From Diadema antillarum (lineage: Eukaryota), in NCBI RefSeq assembly GCF_040938485.1, contig NW_027272117.1:186001-250000 (forward strand): a stretch of DNA of 64,000 nucleotides, given 5' to 3'. A program made the position numbers and the translations under genes. Numbering within the stretch: position 1 is the stretch's first letter; each line of letters begins with the position of its first letter. The notes below the pieces were generated by a model. The model was given only the letters and a program-made list of their open reading frames with translations. It was not told the DNA's origin and ran no database searches. Below, piece after piece: positions 37,764-51,266 of this stretch.

Positions 37764-39096
37764 CTGAAAACGGGTCAGAAGCATTACACATTACAGAATT
37801 GAATGAGGGCATGGAGGATCAAAAAACTTACCCCAAGCACATCCCAGTACAAGGCAAGAGGATAATTTACAAACTGTACATGCAATGAATATCATGGTCA
37901 TTACACATGTAAACAAATATATTGTGCACATATTTGGGTGTGTATTTGTGTGTATGTGTGTGTGTGTGCAACAATGATGACTCAAATTGTGGTATAAGAT
38001 TACATCCCCCCCCCCCACCCGACATTCAAATTGCTACTTGGTAATGTGACAGTGACTTTGCTCACATACAATGCAGAAATCATCATTTGTTGGCCTACTG
38101 ATACTAAAGTAGGACTTTTCTGAACTCTGTGAGGGAAAAGGTACATACTTACCTTGTCTTAAAAAAAAACACCAAAAAACAACAACAACCAAACAAACAA
38201 ACAAACATACATGGAAGAGAGATACAAAGTGTATCATTGATACATTCATTCAGTGTGTCTGATATTGTGCAAAAATGAAGATTTGACTAAACTTAAATAT
38301 GAAAATGAACGCTAACTGCATAAAACTAGCAACACAAGCCAAACCAAGAAGCAAGGAAAAGAAAAATGCCACTGACAAGTTTGCAAAGAACAATGAGAGC
38401 AAAGCCCATGAGAGCAAAAGGTGGAAAGTTGTGAAGTCATCGGTAAGATGTGAAAATTTGTGAATGACATGATTTACCATACCGTACCCAATTCCATCAT
38501 AGCAAGTACCGTGCTATTTAGTTAATTCATTAGTACAGACGACACCCGATGTAACAAAGTTCTTGGGACCGGCAGTTTTTGTTTTTTTTTCGTTATATCA
38601 GAATTTTGTTACATCTAAACAAATAAAGTGTATGAAGATATCTAGCTGATAATTTTGGGCCCTGAGTTTTACTTTGTTGCATCCAAAATTTCATTATTAC
38701 TGTGTTTGTTATAACAGGAGTGCACTGTATGGTGAATTTTTATCACAAATATCTTGACAGAAGCATCATAAGTTTAAAACAAATTTTGTAGGCTTGGGTA
38801 TTTTTTTCACTTATCAACCATTATATGCACGTTAGTCAGAAATGTTTGCAAATTTTTTAATCTTGGACCATCACTACAGTGTCAATCAACTAAGTGCCTA
38901 AAATGTTTTAAAACCAATATGGCATAAGAAAAATAACTTATTGTGCAATGACTTTATTACTTGGTGCTTGCATTACAATGTCTTAACATAATTTAGAATA
39001 CACATTGATATTTCATATACCACATGATCAAGGGGATTTATAAATAAATGAGTAACATTCTATGAAATTTCGAACTTAGTATGGATAACAACTCAC

Positions 39097-39847
39097 TGAG
39101 CTCTCACAAGACATGCAGCAGCTTCTAGAATTAGTCTCTTGGATGTTCCCCCATCCTCCAAAGAGAGGGAGCGTTCTCCAGACTCCACCCATGGAGGGCA
39201 TCTCTCTGTCCCACCCTCATCCTTCAAAGACAAGGACTGTATGGTTGCTATGGCAACTGACTCACTGTCTGGCAGTGAGCATCCCCCTGCACCACCTGAT
39301 GCAGCATCAGCCAAAGCTTCTAATTTCACGCTGCCAGGCACAGTCCCATGGGCTGGTCCATCTGCAGGTTTGCTGTGGCTGGCATTTGAGTTTACTGCTG
39401 GAGTTAAAGCATGGTTACATCCCATTGGAACCTTTTGCATTCTTTCTTGAATATCATTACCACTTGGATTTCCATGACAGTATGTATGCTTTGGAGACGA
39501 CTTCTTCATTTCAGGAGAAGCAGGCTGACCAGTAGATGGAGACTGGTGTCTGAGGGGTGCACAAGTGGAGCTTGCTCCATCTACAACAGCATTCATATTT
39601 TGTTGATCACATGCGGCTTGAGGCCCGTAAGTGTCTTTAGTGTTTGTTAGTGTCTTGCAGGCTGGTTCCAAGCCATTCATCACTAGATTTCTTTGTTGTT
39701 CTAAAGGCAAGACTTTGGCATGATTAGAAGGTAGCTGGCAACGATCTGCGCTAGAAGCTAGCCTGAGGTAGGCCTTTGCCAATCGGATCTGATGCTGAAC
39801 ACTGGATGGCCGCACAGTTAGGCAAAACTTAAGGCTGTTTATCACAC
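39097..39847 (-). CDS. C8orf76: C8orf76-like coding exon 4 (large, low-complexity middle)
   Basis: 751 bp open exon. GVINSLKFCLTVRPSSVQHQIRLAKAYLRL aligns with [30 protein letters not shown], and ILEAAACLVRA with QLKACASFIRT. Donor ca|gtgagt. Confidence 0.85.
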
Positions 39848-40729
39848 CTATGATAAGAAAGGACAGTGAGAAAGGGAATCGGTAAGATAACTGACATTAC
39901 AGCTCAAGGCTAGGTATTCTGATGATTAATGGCATCTACAGTCACATGACAGACTCTGATTCTAGTTCATTCAAGCCATATGAATTCTATGGACAGACCT
40001 TCCAGAAATATTGTCACATTTTTGTCATAAGAAGTTTATGGGAGCAACGTTTAGTAGCATGGAGGTACTAGCTAGTATCAATGTAGCTCCATAAGATACA
40101 AGATAGTCTGAAGAAACTGCAAATGTTCCATCGTGAAACTGTTAAGGGATTACCCAGGCAGTCAAACAAGTAAGAATTATGGTCTTCCAAAGAATATGTG
40201 GTTGCACATTCTCGTGATAAAAATCATATATTATGAGACACAGAAGATACCTCTTTGCCAGTTATATGATAAAGTTTGTAGCAACAAACTTCCCTGAAAT
40301 GTAAAACTTTGTTTCACTGATTTTGGCTTGTCAGGATTAAATTGGGCTTTGAACACAGAAATCATCACATTTTTCCTGACCGGTCATCAGTGGGGTGAGG
40401 GGACTGTGCAAGATCCCTTCTCATTACAATAATTTGCTTCAAGCAGCAATTAGACATAGAATATTGTCTTTGGGATACAGCAATCCTCCTTAGCTTTATC
40501 ACATGATTCAACAGGTTTTTACTTGAAAGAAATTCCGTTATCCTCGCTAAAGTCGACCTCACACAAATCAAAAAGTTGGCTTGGTTGAAGAAAAATTATA
40601 CCCCAAATGGACATGAAAATTTTTACATTGATCATGTAAGTCCAAATTCACAGAAGTCTAAGGGCTTTCTCCAGTCCCAGCGGATTTGACTTAGGCAAGG
40701 CCGACTGTAGCTTGTCATGTCACTCTCAC

Positions 40730-40814
40730 CAGTGTCATCTCCTGCAGCCTGACATAGCAATGACAGAAGGCTGTGTGCTCCAAACAGCTGATCCTCGCTG
40801 GTGGATTCCGCTAG
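40730..40814 (-). CDS. C8orf76: C8orf76-like coding exon 3
   Basis: ttgattcag| 85 bp LAESTSEDQLFGAHSLLSLLCQAAGDDT |gtgaga. Aligns with [20 protein letters not shown]. Confidence 0.8.
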
Positions 40815-41305
40815 CTGAATCAAGGAAAAGAACAAAACAAAACAAAATTGATAAACTAAACATGCCATGTTCTCACAGTGATATCCCATTGTGATTGACC
40901 AGCTTATTTTCACTCTCGAGCACACTATTTCAGCTGCTGTGCTAAAGTCTATTACACTGTACTGTGAATATTGTAGACATCATTTGATGCCATTGTATAG
41001 CAAGCAAGCCTCAGACACACTTTAGGGTTATCCACTTTATTATTAGCAAACAACATATAGGAACTGCAATAATGCAAGCTTCAACAATGCAACAGAAAAC
41101 CCTGTACAGTAATAAGTGTTGAATCATTCTCCATTCATAGAAACACATCAATGATTTGATACTAACTTGGACTTTGCAACTGTGAATACAATCTTCCATA
41201 CATGAATATCCAAGGACTTCAGCTCAAAGTTCAATGATCACTATTCTGCAAAGTGTTATGTACGCATGCATATCTCCTAAATGCAAGTAATCATACATGG
41301 CTCAC

Positions 41306-41551
41306 CAATCTCTTTCCGGTCTCCACGGCAACCTTGTGGTCCCCATCCCAATGTTGACACCGGGCCAGACACTCCAGGAGGAGGCGTCTCATGGTGGGGT
41401 TGTTAGAGGCAACATGCTCCAAAGCTCTGGCGTAGGCATCCCCTGCTGCCCCCCACGCACCGAGGTAGTAGTGGTGGTCGCCTCGGTGGATGAAGAGCTG
41501 CATTTGCTCTGCGGGGTCATCGCGCACTGGTGCTTGCTCATCAAGGAACCA
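41306..41551 (-). CDS. C8orf76: C8orf76-like coding exon 2 (TPR-like helices)
   Basis: 246 bp WFLDEQAPVRDDPAEQMQLFIHRGDHHYYLG...NNPTMRRLLLECLARC aligns with [29 protein letters not shown]...TNFAMKRDVQEGQARC. Canonical splice sites. Confidence 0.88.
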
Positions 41552-42321
41552 CTGCCAGGAGAAAGATGGCAGACATTGAGTAGGAGATGCAGGCTTGGTG
41601 TAACACTGGTAATCTCTTTGACAGTTGGATGACATATGTGTACATTTCAAACATATATTACCCAGTCAAAATTTCTTTGTGAGTTCCATTCATCTTTTAT
41701 GTTTTAGATCCGACATAAAACGGAAATTAAGATCAATAAGAATTGTGTCCCATGCTTGATATTGGTATTAATCCTACTAAAAATGCCCTTTAAAAAAAAT
41801 TCTCATTATATTTTCCTATATCACTCCATTACTGTGACATCATACATGGTTCTTGTAGCCTTAAATCCAGTGACAAAGGGACTTGAATTTAATTTTTTTT
41901 TTAAATTAAATTCATAACTTTTGAAGAGATTGCCTGGTTTTCTTCAAATAACAGTAATAGTAAAGTGTTCTACTCCTTCTACAATCACCAAAATGTTTTG
42001 GGAAACTGTAAGAGTGAGGACTCTTCAACTTATCACAATCTGACACCCGAGACCATGCTACACAACACAATACAAATTCCAGGATAAAACTTAACTCCCA
42101 AGCTCAGTTATCAGCACTTTATTATCTTATTTCAGATCAGTCTTTTTAGGCATCATCTCAATACATCTAACCGTTTTAAGGTTCTGCTCAGCAGATATAA
42201 AGAAGGAAATATGTTTAGATACCAAATAATAAGTTGCCTTCAAGTCCTATCTATAGTCTGTATGACCATGTACACCAAATGAAATAAATTAATAAATCCT
42301 GTTATGCATAAGTGAATAAAC

Positions 42322-42423
42322 CTGAGGTGTAATGTCCCTTGGCTTGTAGTCAGACTGAGGAGTCTTCTTGATTTTTGGTCTCTCTTTAGCAAAGAGATCA
42401 TCATCAAAGTTTCCAAAGTCCAT
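42322..42423 (-). CDS. C8orf76: C8orf76-like coding exon 1 (start codon)
   Basis: MDFGNFDDDLFAKERPKIKKTPQSDYKPRDITPQ aligns with [32 protein letters not shown]. Donor cag|gtttat. An acceptor 8 nt before the ATG implies an upstream non-coding exon. Confidence 0.85.
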
Positions 42424-42716
42424 CACAAGCCCTGGTACATGCACAAAGAACTATGAAGGAGGTGACTGGTCCAGCAAGAAGCTTGAGTGTGTACTTTCTG
42501 ACATCTGAAGCTCCTGTTGCGTGAAAAGAGCTGCTGTTAGGGGAAGATATGACATGGATAAATGAATTTAGAGTCATAAAGAAACTGAAGTACTGAGGGG
42601 TGAGCAGGACGACTGAGTTTACTGATATCATCTACCACCTAAATATTCAAGGTATTTTGTTTTTGCAGAATTTCCTTCGTGTGTGCATGTGTAGATGTGT
42701 GTGTAAACTAGTAGTA

Positions 42717-42934
42717 CTGCATAAGCTATTCTTTTCGCGTACAGATATTTTTGTGAATGAGGAGGTCATAGACATTTTCGCAAGATGTTGTTTTTCGCGA
42801 ATAGACGTCAACGCAAACATAAATGCATTGTTACCATAGCCCAGGGATACATTTTTGTGTGTTATTAAATTCGCGATCTGTGATTTGCGAAATTCGCGAA
42901 AATTAAACCCTCATGAAAATAACAGCTTATACAG
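42717..42934. mobile_element. CTG-terminal MITE with ttcgcga-type internal motifs, TA TSD
   Basis: ta|ctgcataagctatt ... aacagcttatacag|ta. Confidence 0.6.
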
Positions 42935-44786
42935 TAAATGAAAGCACTTATGGTACACCACACCATACACTATTACTAAATGCTCTAATGCTCTTCCCCC
43001 TGTGCGGCATGATCGAGTAGAGACAGGGTGCTGTGACTGTGCATGCATGGCACGCAACACAACTCAACCCTACAGTTTAACTTTCGCCCTTCATTCACGA
43101 TTTTAAACGAATGGATAAATTTACTGCATTATATCTCAATCAGGGGATCACTAAAATTAAACTATTGCAGAGCCCGATGGTATGTCAGATGTGTCCACTG
43201 TCCTTGGTGTGAGAGGACAATATTAACAACTGATTTATTAGTATTGATTAAGTATGTACATGTATCAAGATATATCTCTATGTTGGATTCAGACATTACC
43301 TAAATTGCTCTACTATGGTTTTATGCAGTGTTGCATTTTGTACCCTTACACTGTAGCACATTTACCCACACAGTAATATACACTGGGGCATAGGCAGGAA
43401 GCAATAAAAGAGTCAAGGCAGGAAGGGGGAACAATAAACCCCCCCATCACACAGGATTGCCTTGTGTATCTATGGCATTAGGCCTGGATACTCATAGGTG
43501 AAACAAAGACCAGCTAGTCCCCTTCATCTAATTTAAGTGTTCATTGACCTGTATGGGGTCCGAAGTGAAACAAAGACTAGCCTGCCCCCCTCATCTGAGC
43601 ATTCATTCCACGCCACATACTCACTAAGAGAAGCAGCCTGTCTTAAAACTCTCCACCTGCCTCGATTGTGGGAGACATGCAGCTTTCTACCAGAGAACTG
43701 TAAGTTTTGTACAATTACCATCGCTAAACTTTACTTACTTTATGTGCCACAAGACATCTATATGTTATGAATATATCTTTAGTATTGGCAAAGGATTTTA
43801 TCAATGCGAGGGTTGTTTTCTAAGATATTCTCAGTTCCAAAGACTCGAATCGTGAGTAACTGTCACAAGTGTATATGATACTTTACTCTCTATTGGTATA
43901 TATATCGAATATTATACAGAGTGCCTCCTGTACATACTTGTAGTTGTTCTCCTGTACATTATTTGATAATCATTGAGTAGAGTATTTGGGGGAATATCTC
44001 TCCTTAATATAGTAGTCGCAGGTTTAGCTTAGAATGTCAATTAGGTCACTTGTGTTCTGTATCTATTTCCTTGTATTAACCATTTGCGTATTATATTAGG
44101 CGCATGGATTAATCCGAGCTTCGTATGATACACCTCGAGTGTATTATTAGTGCTGTGTAAATAATGCAGAGGAGGGATATGCAGTCGTTTATCATATCGA
44201 TCACACATTTTCTATATTGTAACATAATAATATAGTAGTTGCTCCCAAGAATCACAAAGATGTCATTCGTTTTCTTTTATAGCATATCCTTGTAAATTGA
44301 CTTCCAAGTCTCGTGGATACTGCCTGTCTGGATGTATATCCATTGAAGGTAATTTGTTGATATTTTATCCCACCTGCTTCACTGTAAATATAATATGTGT
44401 TTTAGTATTTCACAACATGTCAAGATATGATTGTGGTAACTTTTCTAGCTAAATGTACACAAAAAAAAGGGGGTCTCACAGCGTTTTAGTGAGATATGTT
44501 TAGTAGTTATAATGTTTTGACGTTTGCAATTGCACTGTATTCATTCGATGCACAGTCGTTTCCGCAGATTAATTCAACTAGAAGACAATTCTTATATTGA
44601 TGTGCTGTATTTCACCTTAATTAGTTTGTTAATTGTATTCACAGGAATGAATTCATTCCTCCCTCCACATTCTATGTAAATATAGCATGTACAGCAGCAT
44701 TATGCTTGGTTTTCAAGCGATGCATTTCATTGAAAACGTTGTAATTCAGTATTGAGATCTGTTCAGTAATGCGTCTTTCATCATCG

Positions 44787-44880
44787 TGACATTCATATAT
44801 TATTTTCCTTATACTCTTTTCACCTGGTATAATCATGACATTCATATGTTATTTTCCTTATACTCTTTTCACCTGGTATA
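44787..44880. repeat. Tandem duplication, 49-bp period
   Basis: tgacattcatat(a/g)ttattttccttatactcttttcacctggtata twice. Confidence 0.9.
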
Positions 44881-45468
44881 GGACATCTACATGTACTCTC
44901 AGTGACGTGCACGCAGTGGTGCTGTGTTGGTTTTCTTTGTTTTATGTCCATTGATTTGTCGGTGGAAACATCGTAAATGTGTGAATAAACAAATCCACCC
45001 TTTTCTCTGTAAATTTAAATGAAAGTCATTGTTTTGTGTCTTCCTTTACACCTTCTCTTCAAGCATTTGAACCAGGCGTAAGGTAAATTTTGTGAATGTT
45101 TGGTGTTATGCTTGTAGGCCATTGAGTGGACACATTTGGTCCGTCACATTGGCAAAATCATTCTGTGACTATGATAAAAGAAAATCCACAAAAATCTTCA
45201 ACAAGCCTCTCCTGTCTGCGACTGGTGGTTTGCGCAGATTGCGGTCACACCGTCACGGGCGGCGGATGGATGAAGGAGACATTCAATAATCAAATTGTAC
45301 CCTGTAATGAATGTCTGTAAGACTGTATTGCGTAAATTGTCTAATTGATGTGGCTAGCATGATTGCCAATATCATAATAAATATAAATTTAATAGGCCTA
45401 ACTGTTTGTTAGTGTTACCTAAAGCTAAATAGGGATCACGTCAGTGGACTAGACTAGACTACTAAATT

Positions 45469-48400
45469 TAATAATAATAATAATAATATGAAATATTTAT
45501 TTAGCGCTTAATACAACATGTTTCTAAGCGCTTTACAATGCTAAACAACCAAACATACAAATCAGCTTAGAATAACAAATAATTTACTACAAATGCATAC
45601 AGGGCCTACATAATCATTAATTCTGCTCTAAAAATAAATGAGTCTTAAGTTTCTTTTTGAAGATGTCAACGGAGGTGGAGGTCTGAATGTGAGTAGGGAG
45701 AGTGTTCCAAAGAAGGGGGGCACAAACGGAAAAAGCACGGTCACCATAACGATTGTGGGTGCGAGGGCCAAGTTTAAGTTGGGTTGCAGATGATGATCTT
45801 AGGTTAATGTGTGTATCCGGTCTGGGTTTCGATGAGATCAGGTCAGTTAGATATATAGGTGAACGGTTATGGATGATGTTGTAGGTGATGAGAAGAATCT
45901 TGAACTTGATTCGTTGTGGGATTAACAGCCAGTGGAGATTGCGGATGACAGGGGTGATGCGATCATACTTTCTAGTACAGGTGATGAGACGGGCAGCAGT
46001 GTTCTATATGCTGAAGTGGAGCGAGATGACATGCAGGTAAGTTGATGAGCAAACTGTTGCAATAATCCAGATGCGATGTTACAAGAGCATTAACAAGTCG
46101 TTCTGTGGAGCTCTGGTTGAGGTATTTCCGGATTGTCCTGATCCTGTAGATGCCAGAAGAAGCAGCCCGGCACACCTTGCGAATGTGCTCCTTTACATCC
46201 AAGGAGTTGTCCACGATAACGCCGAGATCTCTGGCAGATTTGGACGCATTTATGACAGCTCCATCGATGGTGAGGCTAACAGACTCAATTCTTTTCCGAA
46301 ATTGTGACACAATGTGGACGACTTCTGTTTTGTTTTCGTTTAACATCATGTTGTTGCCATGAGCCCAAGCCTTTATGTCCCTCACACAGTCTTCCATAGA
46401 TGAAAGACCGCCAGCAAGATGATTACGTTTTATGACAACATACAACTGGGTATCATCTGCATACAGCATGTGGCTTATATGTCTGTGAGCCGCGATGACC
46501 TCACTCAGAGGGCCAGTATACAAGACAAAGGCCAATGGACCCATTACAGAGCCTTGCGGAACCCCCCACAAGAGAGGGTGTTCGTCTGATTCTGCGCCGT
46601 TAATGATGACGGTTTGCTTCCCGTTTTCGAAATATGACTTCAGCCAGGTCAGAGCAGTTCCTTCAATGCCGTAATTGTGACTGAAGCGTTGGATCATTGT
46701 ATCATGGCCAATTGTGTCGAATGCTGCCGAATAATCCAACAGAACCAAAACGACTTCATGTCCATTGTCTAAGGCTAGCAAAATGTCATTGAAGACCTTG
46801 AGGAGAGCAGTTTCTGTGGAGTGACCATGACGGTATGCCGACTGCAGAGGAGGTAGTAGCTCATGTTCTTGAAGGTATGCCCGTAGTTGACTTGCAGCAA
46901 GTCGTTCCAACACTTTCCCAAGAAACATCTGATTGGCAATTGGCCTATAATTTACGAAGTTGTCCACGTCCAGCTGAGGTTTTTTCAAGATTGGAGTAAC
47001 ATGTGAAGACTTGAATGAAGAAGGAAAAATCCCTGAAGACAATGACATATTCACAAGTCTGGTGATGAATGAGATGAGCACGCCAAGACATTTCTTGATG
47101 AGCCAGGTGGGAGCAGGATCTAGTCTGCATGATTTAGATGGACTTTGATTAATAACATTCATGACATCATCCTCGGATGCCGGATGGAATTCTGAGAAGG
47201 TAGCAAGAATGGTCTCTCGTTGGATGGATTCAATTTCATTTTGATGGCCATCTAACTTGTCCACTATTGTCTGGATCTTATTGTAGAAGAATAGTCTGAA
47301 ATCGTTGGCCAACTGTTTGTCCGACTCATGACTTGGCAAGCTCAGTCTAGATGATGGTGGAGATGTCAGTTTTTGCATCCACTGAAAGAGTCCTTTATTG
47401 TCAAGTTTCTCTATCTCACCTTGTAGGTAAGAAGACTTGGAGTGTGACAAGATTTCATTATACAATCGACACTTCTCGCGGTACAATTCCTTGTTGGCTG
47501 GCGTTTCAGACTTGACCCAACGGCGTTCAGCACGTCGTTTCTCACGTTTTGCTTTCTTGACGTCCTTATCATACCATGGAGCATTGGGTCTCAAAGACAG
47601 AAGTACAGTCTTTTCCGGGGCATGTTTATCGACAAGGTCACGCACAACTTGATTGTATTGTTGGGCAAGATCTGACGGGCTGACAACATCAGGAAGATCA
47701 CCAATGGTAAGTCTAAGATCCTCAATGAATTGATCCACATCGATGTCCTTCAGCTTGCGACACTTAATCAATTTCTTAGATGAAGGGGGGCGTGCAAAAT
47801 TTAGAGAGCAGACAACTGCGTCATGATCAGACGGCAGTCCAGAGAGACATGATGTACTAAGAATTGGATGTCCATCCCTCCGCGTGATGACCAGGTCAAG
47901 AGTGTGTCCTGCGAGATGCGTGGACACGGTGACATGTTGAACAAGTCCCGCCGAGTAGAGTATATCAGAGAAGGTCTTGGAATCTTTATTGCTGACGTTA
48001 TTCACTTGAATGTTAAAATCCCCTATCAACAACGGCTGATGACAATGGACTAGAACAGATTCAAGCAGCACAGAAAATTCATGAACGAATCCTTCGAAGG
48101 TAAGTTTGTTCTTCACGGATGGTGGTGGACGGTAGATAGCACAAAGTCTGAAAGCTATAGATGGAGAGATGCGAATAGCGAGGTCCATGTGCTCAAATGT
48201 CGTGAAGACATGAGCATCGTTCAGAGTGATCTTCCTGGTGCGGTGAATGACACATATACCTCCTCCACGTGAGTGCCTATGGACATGTTGGATGTGGTAG
48301 TTAGGTAGCGTGGTGGTAATGTCAGCGAGGATATGATCATCTCGGAAATCCCCTCTTAGCCATGACTCAGTTATAATCATTAAGTCTAAGTCACTATCCA

Positions 48401-49243
48401 GAATGAGGTCACAGAGCACAGTTGTTTTGTTGTTCATAGAACGTGCATTCCAATGGCCAATCCTAAAATTAGAATGTTGGCCATGACGATGTATGGAATG
48501 ATTCGAAGTGCGTTGAAGACGATGAGTGGAGAGTTCAGTTGGAATCTGAATAAGTGCTCTTCGACCAGGGTGACGTTGTGAAAACTTCCTGTGTTGAGAC
48601 GTGATCACAGGAATAAGATGGCCGACGTGTCTCCCTCCTCCTCTTTTCCCGCGCTTTCTCCATCGCTTCCTCTTCCCGAACTTCCAGTATCGGGAACATG
48701 GCTGCTGATGTGAAGCTTGCCACTCATCATGCACAGTACATTGTTTACGCATGAGATTGAGTGACTGGATTCTATGGCAGACATCAGTCTCAAGTTGGCA
48801 TTCATTGGTACTGTAGCAGGGGCATAAACCATGAAGGAAAACAGCCGAGTACTGAATGACTCTCAGACCCAAAGTCATGGTAGTGTGGTTCCATTGAAAG
48901 GGCTCCTTAGCAGGAACAATAGCCCGGCTATTCTCAAGTCCAAAGTGGGACTCAGTCGACCGCACGGCATGAAAGGTCCCCTGTGATGAATAGGTTGGGG
49001 AGCTCTGTGCTACATCCACATGCAATGTAATGGATATCTGACAGAAATTTGTCACCAAAATTAGCCACAAAATGCAGGAAACCTGCCAAGTTTCCATGTT
49101 TCCTACATGCACAGTTTTGGTCTCTGGAACATTATAAATCAGCTGGTACCAAACTTATGCACTAAAATCACCAATACTAGGTGAAATAAAGGGAATATAA
49201 GAGAGCCTGTGAGAGCAACCACCAGGCGCTGCACAGCACTCTC
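45469..49243 (-). mobile_element. Apparently full-length L2-clade LINE (~3.8 kb)
   Basis: 3' stem-loop tgtaaagcgcttag...aagcgctaaataaat with (TTA)n tail, candidate TSD aaatt (45464-68 / 49244-48), ~130-bp 5'UTR, one long ORF, C-terminal FKKKLKTHLF signature. Confidence 0.9.
45617..49112 (-). pseudogene. LINE ORF2 (APE endonuclease + reverse transcriptase) with one frameshift near 46000
   Basis: APE motifs GHWNARS, ITESWL, IYRPP, GDFN, TLDLVI, SDH. RT motifs NYRPI, HSTETAL, AFDTI, GVPQGS, YADDTQLY. After an apparent 2-bp deletion another frame continues NTAARLI..ITPVIRNLHWL..GDRAFSVCAPLLWNTLP..FKKKLKTHLFLEQN*. Confidence 0.92.
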
Positions 49244-49686
49244 AAATTAAATAAAATTTACTTTTATTTAATTTACTTATTTAGAATGGTCTAGGTCTAG
49301 TACCCTATCAAGACTAAGAGTAAAGTCTAACAACGTTAAAGACTGTTAACACGTGCCGTTAACACGGTTAACGAGCTTACATAGACTAGTCATAGATCTA
49401 CTAGGTAACTTAATCATGAAATGTAACTAAAAAGGAGATCACTAACCAGATCCCTTCTAGTTTTACCAACACGAGTTATAACATGTGGGACTAGGGCGAC
49501 TGACATCACGCCGTCAAAAAAAACTGTATCGCATCGGGGCAACAGACTTGTATGTAGATTGTACAGGCAACCAGTAAAACAGCAGAGTCTATGACAATGA
49601 TTACACGTTTCCGGCAAGTAAATGAACCAATTCATGATACTGTAATATTTCAGTCAAGATGGTGTAACAGTTAGGAATTTACTCAC

Positions 49687-49760
49687 ATCCCCGAGCGACA
49701 AGCAGCCGTCTGCACGCAAAAGAAAGAAAAGAAAAGAGCGATGTCTAGCAAGTTCACAAT
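49687..49760 (-). promoter_or_regulatory. Candidate non-coding first exon of the C8orf76-like gene
   Basis: CpG-rich patch ending at donor gggat|gtgagt on the minus strand. 5' end unknown. Confidence 0.4.
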
Positions 49761-50140
49761 AACTGGGCTAGGCTACGATGTCGATGGTATCTCTAAAGTA
49801 ATAAATATAAACATCCCTCACCCCTCTTCCCCCCCCCCCCCCCCACACACACAATTATTAGTATTATTTTGTTTTCAAATTTCAGGCGTGGAAATCCGAG
49901 TAGGATATAAGATGGAATGATCCAGGAGACAATTCAGTTCATCAAGTGGCATCTCGAATGCCTTGTCTCAACAACAACAAAAAAAAGTATATGAAAAAAT
50001 GTTAAGATTTGAAGGGAATATACATTGTAGGCCTACATGTCGGTCCTATATACAATACCACATTCATGAGAGACACAGGGGATACCCCCTCCCACACTCT
50101 ACACCGCTAAAGTGGTATTTTTTTTTTCATAGACTTGGTA

Positions 50141-50306
50141 CAGTGGCGGATCCAGGGAGGACCGCAACTTGCACACGCCCCCCCCTTTATTTATTTTTTG
50201 TTGAAACAAAAGAAGTAAAAAGAAAAATGGGGGAGGGGTGCGTGCGCCTCCCCCTTTAATTTTGTAAACGCGCCCCCTCTTTACGGAATTCCTGGATCCG
50301 CCCCTG
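50141..50306. mobile_element. CAGTGGCGGATCC-type MITE, 6-bp TSD
   Basis: cagtggcggatccag / ctggatccgcccctg, flanked by ttggta on both sides. A related right end lies at 61249. Confidence 0.85.
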
Positions 50307-50852
50307 TTGGTATACACTCAAGTTCTACTGACAGCTACAGACAATTTCCGAATATCAGAGGCAAAAGTTTGTCACAGCTTCAGTTCAAGAAATGCAAATC
50401 TGATTGGGATGGGATACTCCTTTGAATTCAGTCTTTTCCCGCTGCTTTTGGCCCCTCCGTAGATTTATTTTACACAGTGGGGATCGACAATAACATTTTT
50501 CAAATTTCATCAAAACAGTGTTTGCGAGATACTACATTTTCAACATAATTATGATGCAAAGCTCCCTCGTATTAGGCCTACAGGAGCGTCGATCCAGGAG
50601 GGCAAGGGGAAGGGGAGCATCTATCCTTTTGCCCCCAGAGAAGTTCCTCGATGCAGAGATTATTTTTTTTTTTGCTTTTTTGGCAGAAAATGTTCGCATA
50701 TTTCACCCAAAATGTGCTCTTGATTGTTAAATTTCAATTCTGAAAATGCAAAATCTGTACTGCTCGCATAGAGGGTGATTAGGCGGGCCATATAGGCCTA
50801 TCTCTTTGGCATTTCCTTTCATAAAAGTGGTTAGAACGGCTCGATTTCTTTA

Positions 50853-50936
<84 letters not shown>

Positions 50937-50950
50937 GTATATATCTTAGA
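50853..50950. repeat. Compound (AC)n(AT)n microsatellite
   Basis: Dinucleotide runs. Confidence 0.95.
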
Positions 50951-51266
50951 TATATATAAACACATATCGCCCTCATAGACCTATAATACTTCTCTTTGAT
51001 TGACCTTCATTTCCAAAATATTCCATCATAAATGTAGATATACGAGATTTTTTCATAATCTTTTATAAAATGCAGTACGCTCCCTCGTAACGCGAGGGAT
51101 AGGTGGGACACCCTTTCCACACAGTCCCTTTACTTGGGTTCTTCTAGCCTCCCCTCCATGTGATTGGCTACACGGCAGGATGGACAATTTCCAAAATATT
51201 CCACCAAATGTTTACACCAAATCGTTGAACTGCAATCATAAAAATGCGAACGTTCCCTTATGTGGG

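Noticed and set aside
45126-45320. 64-aa ORF with CADC and CNEC pairs as a zinc ribbon
   Set aside because: GTG start, very short, and no supporting exon structure or recognised homology.
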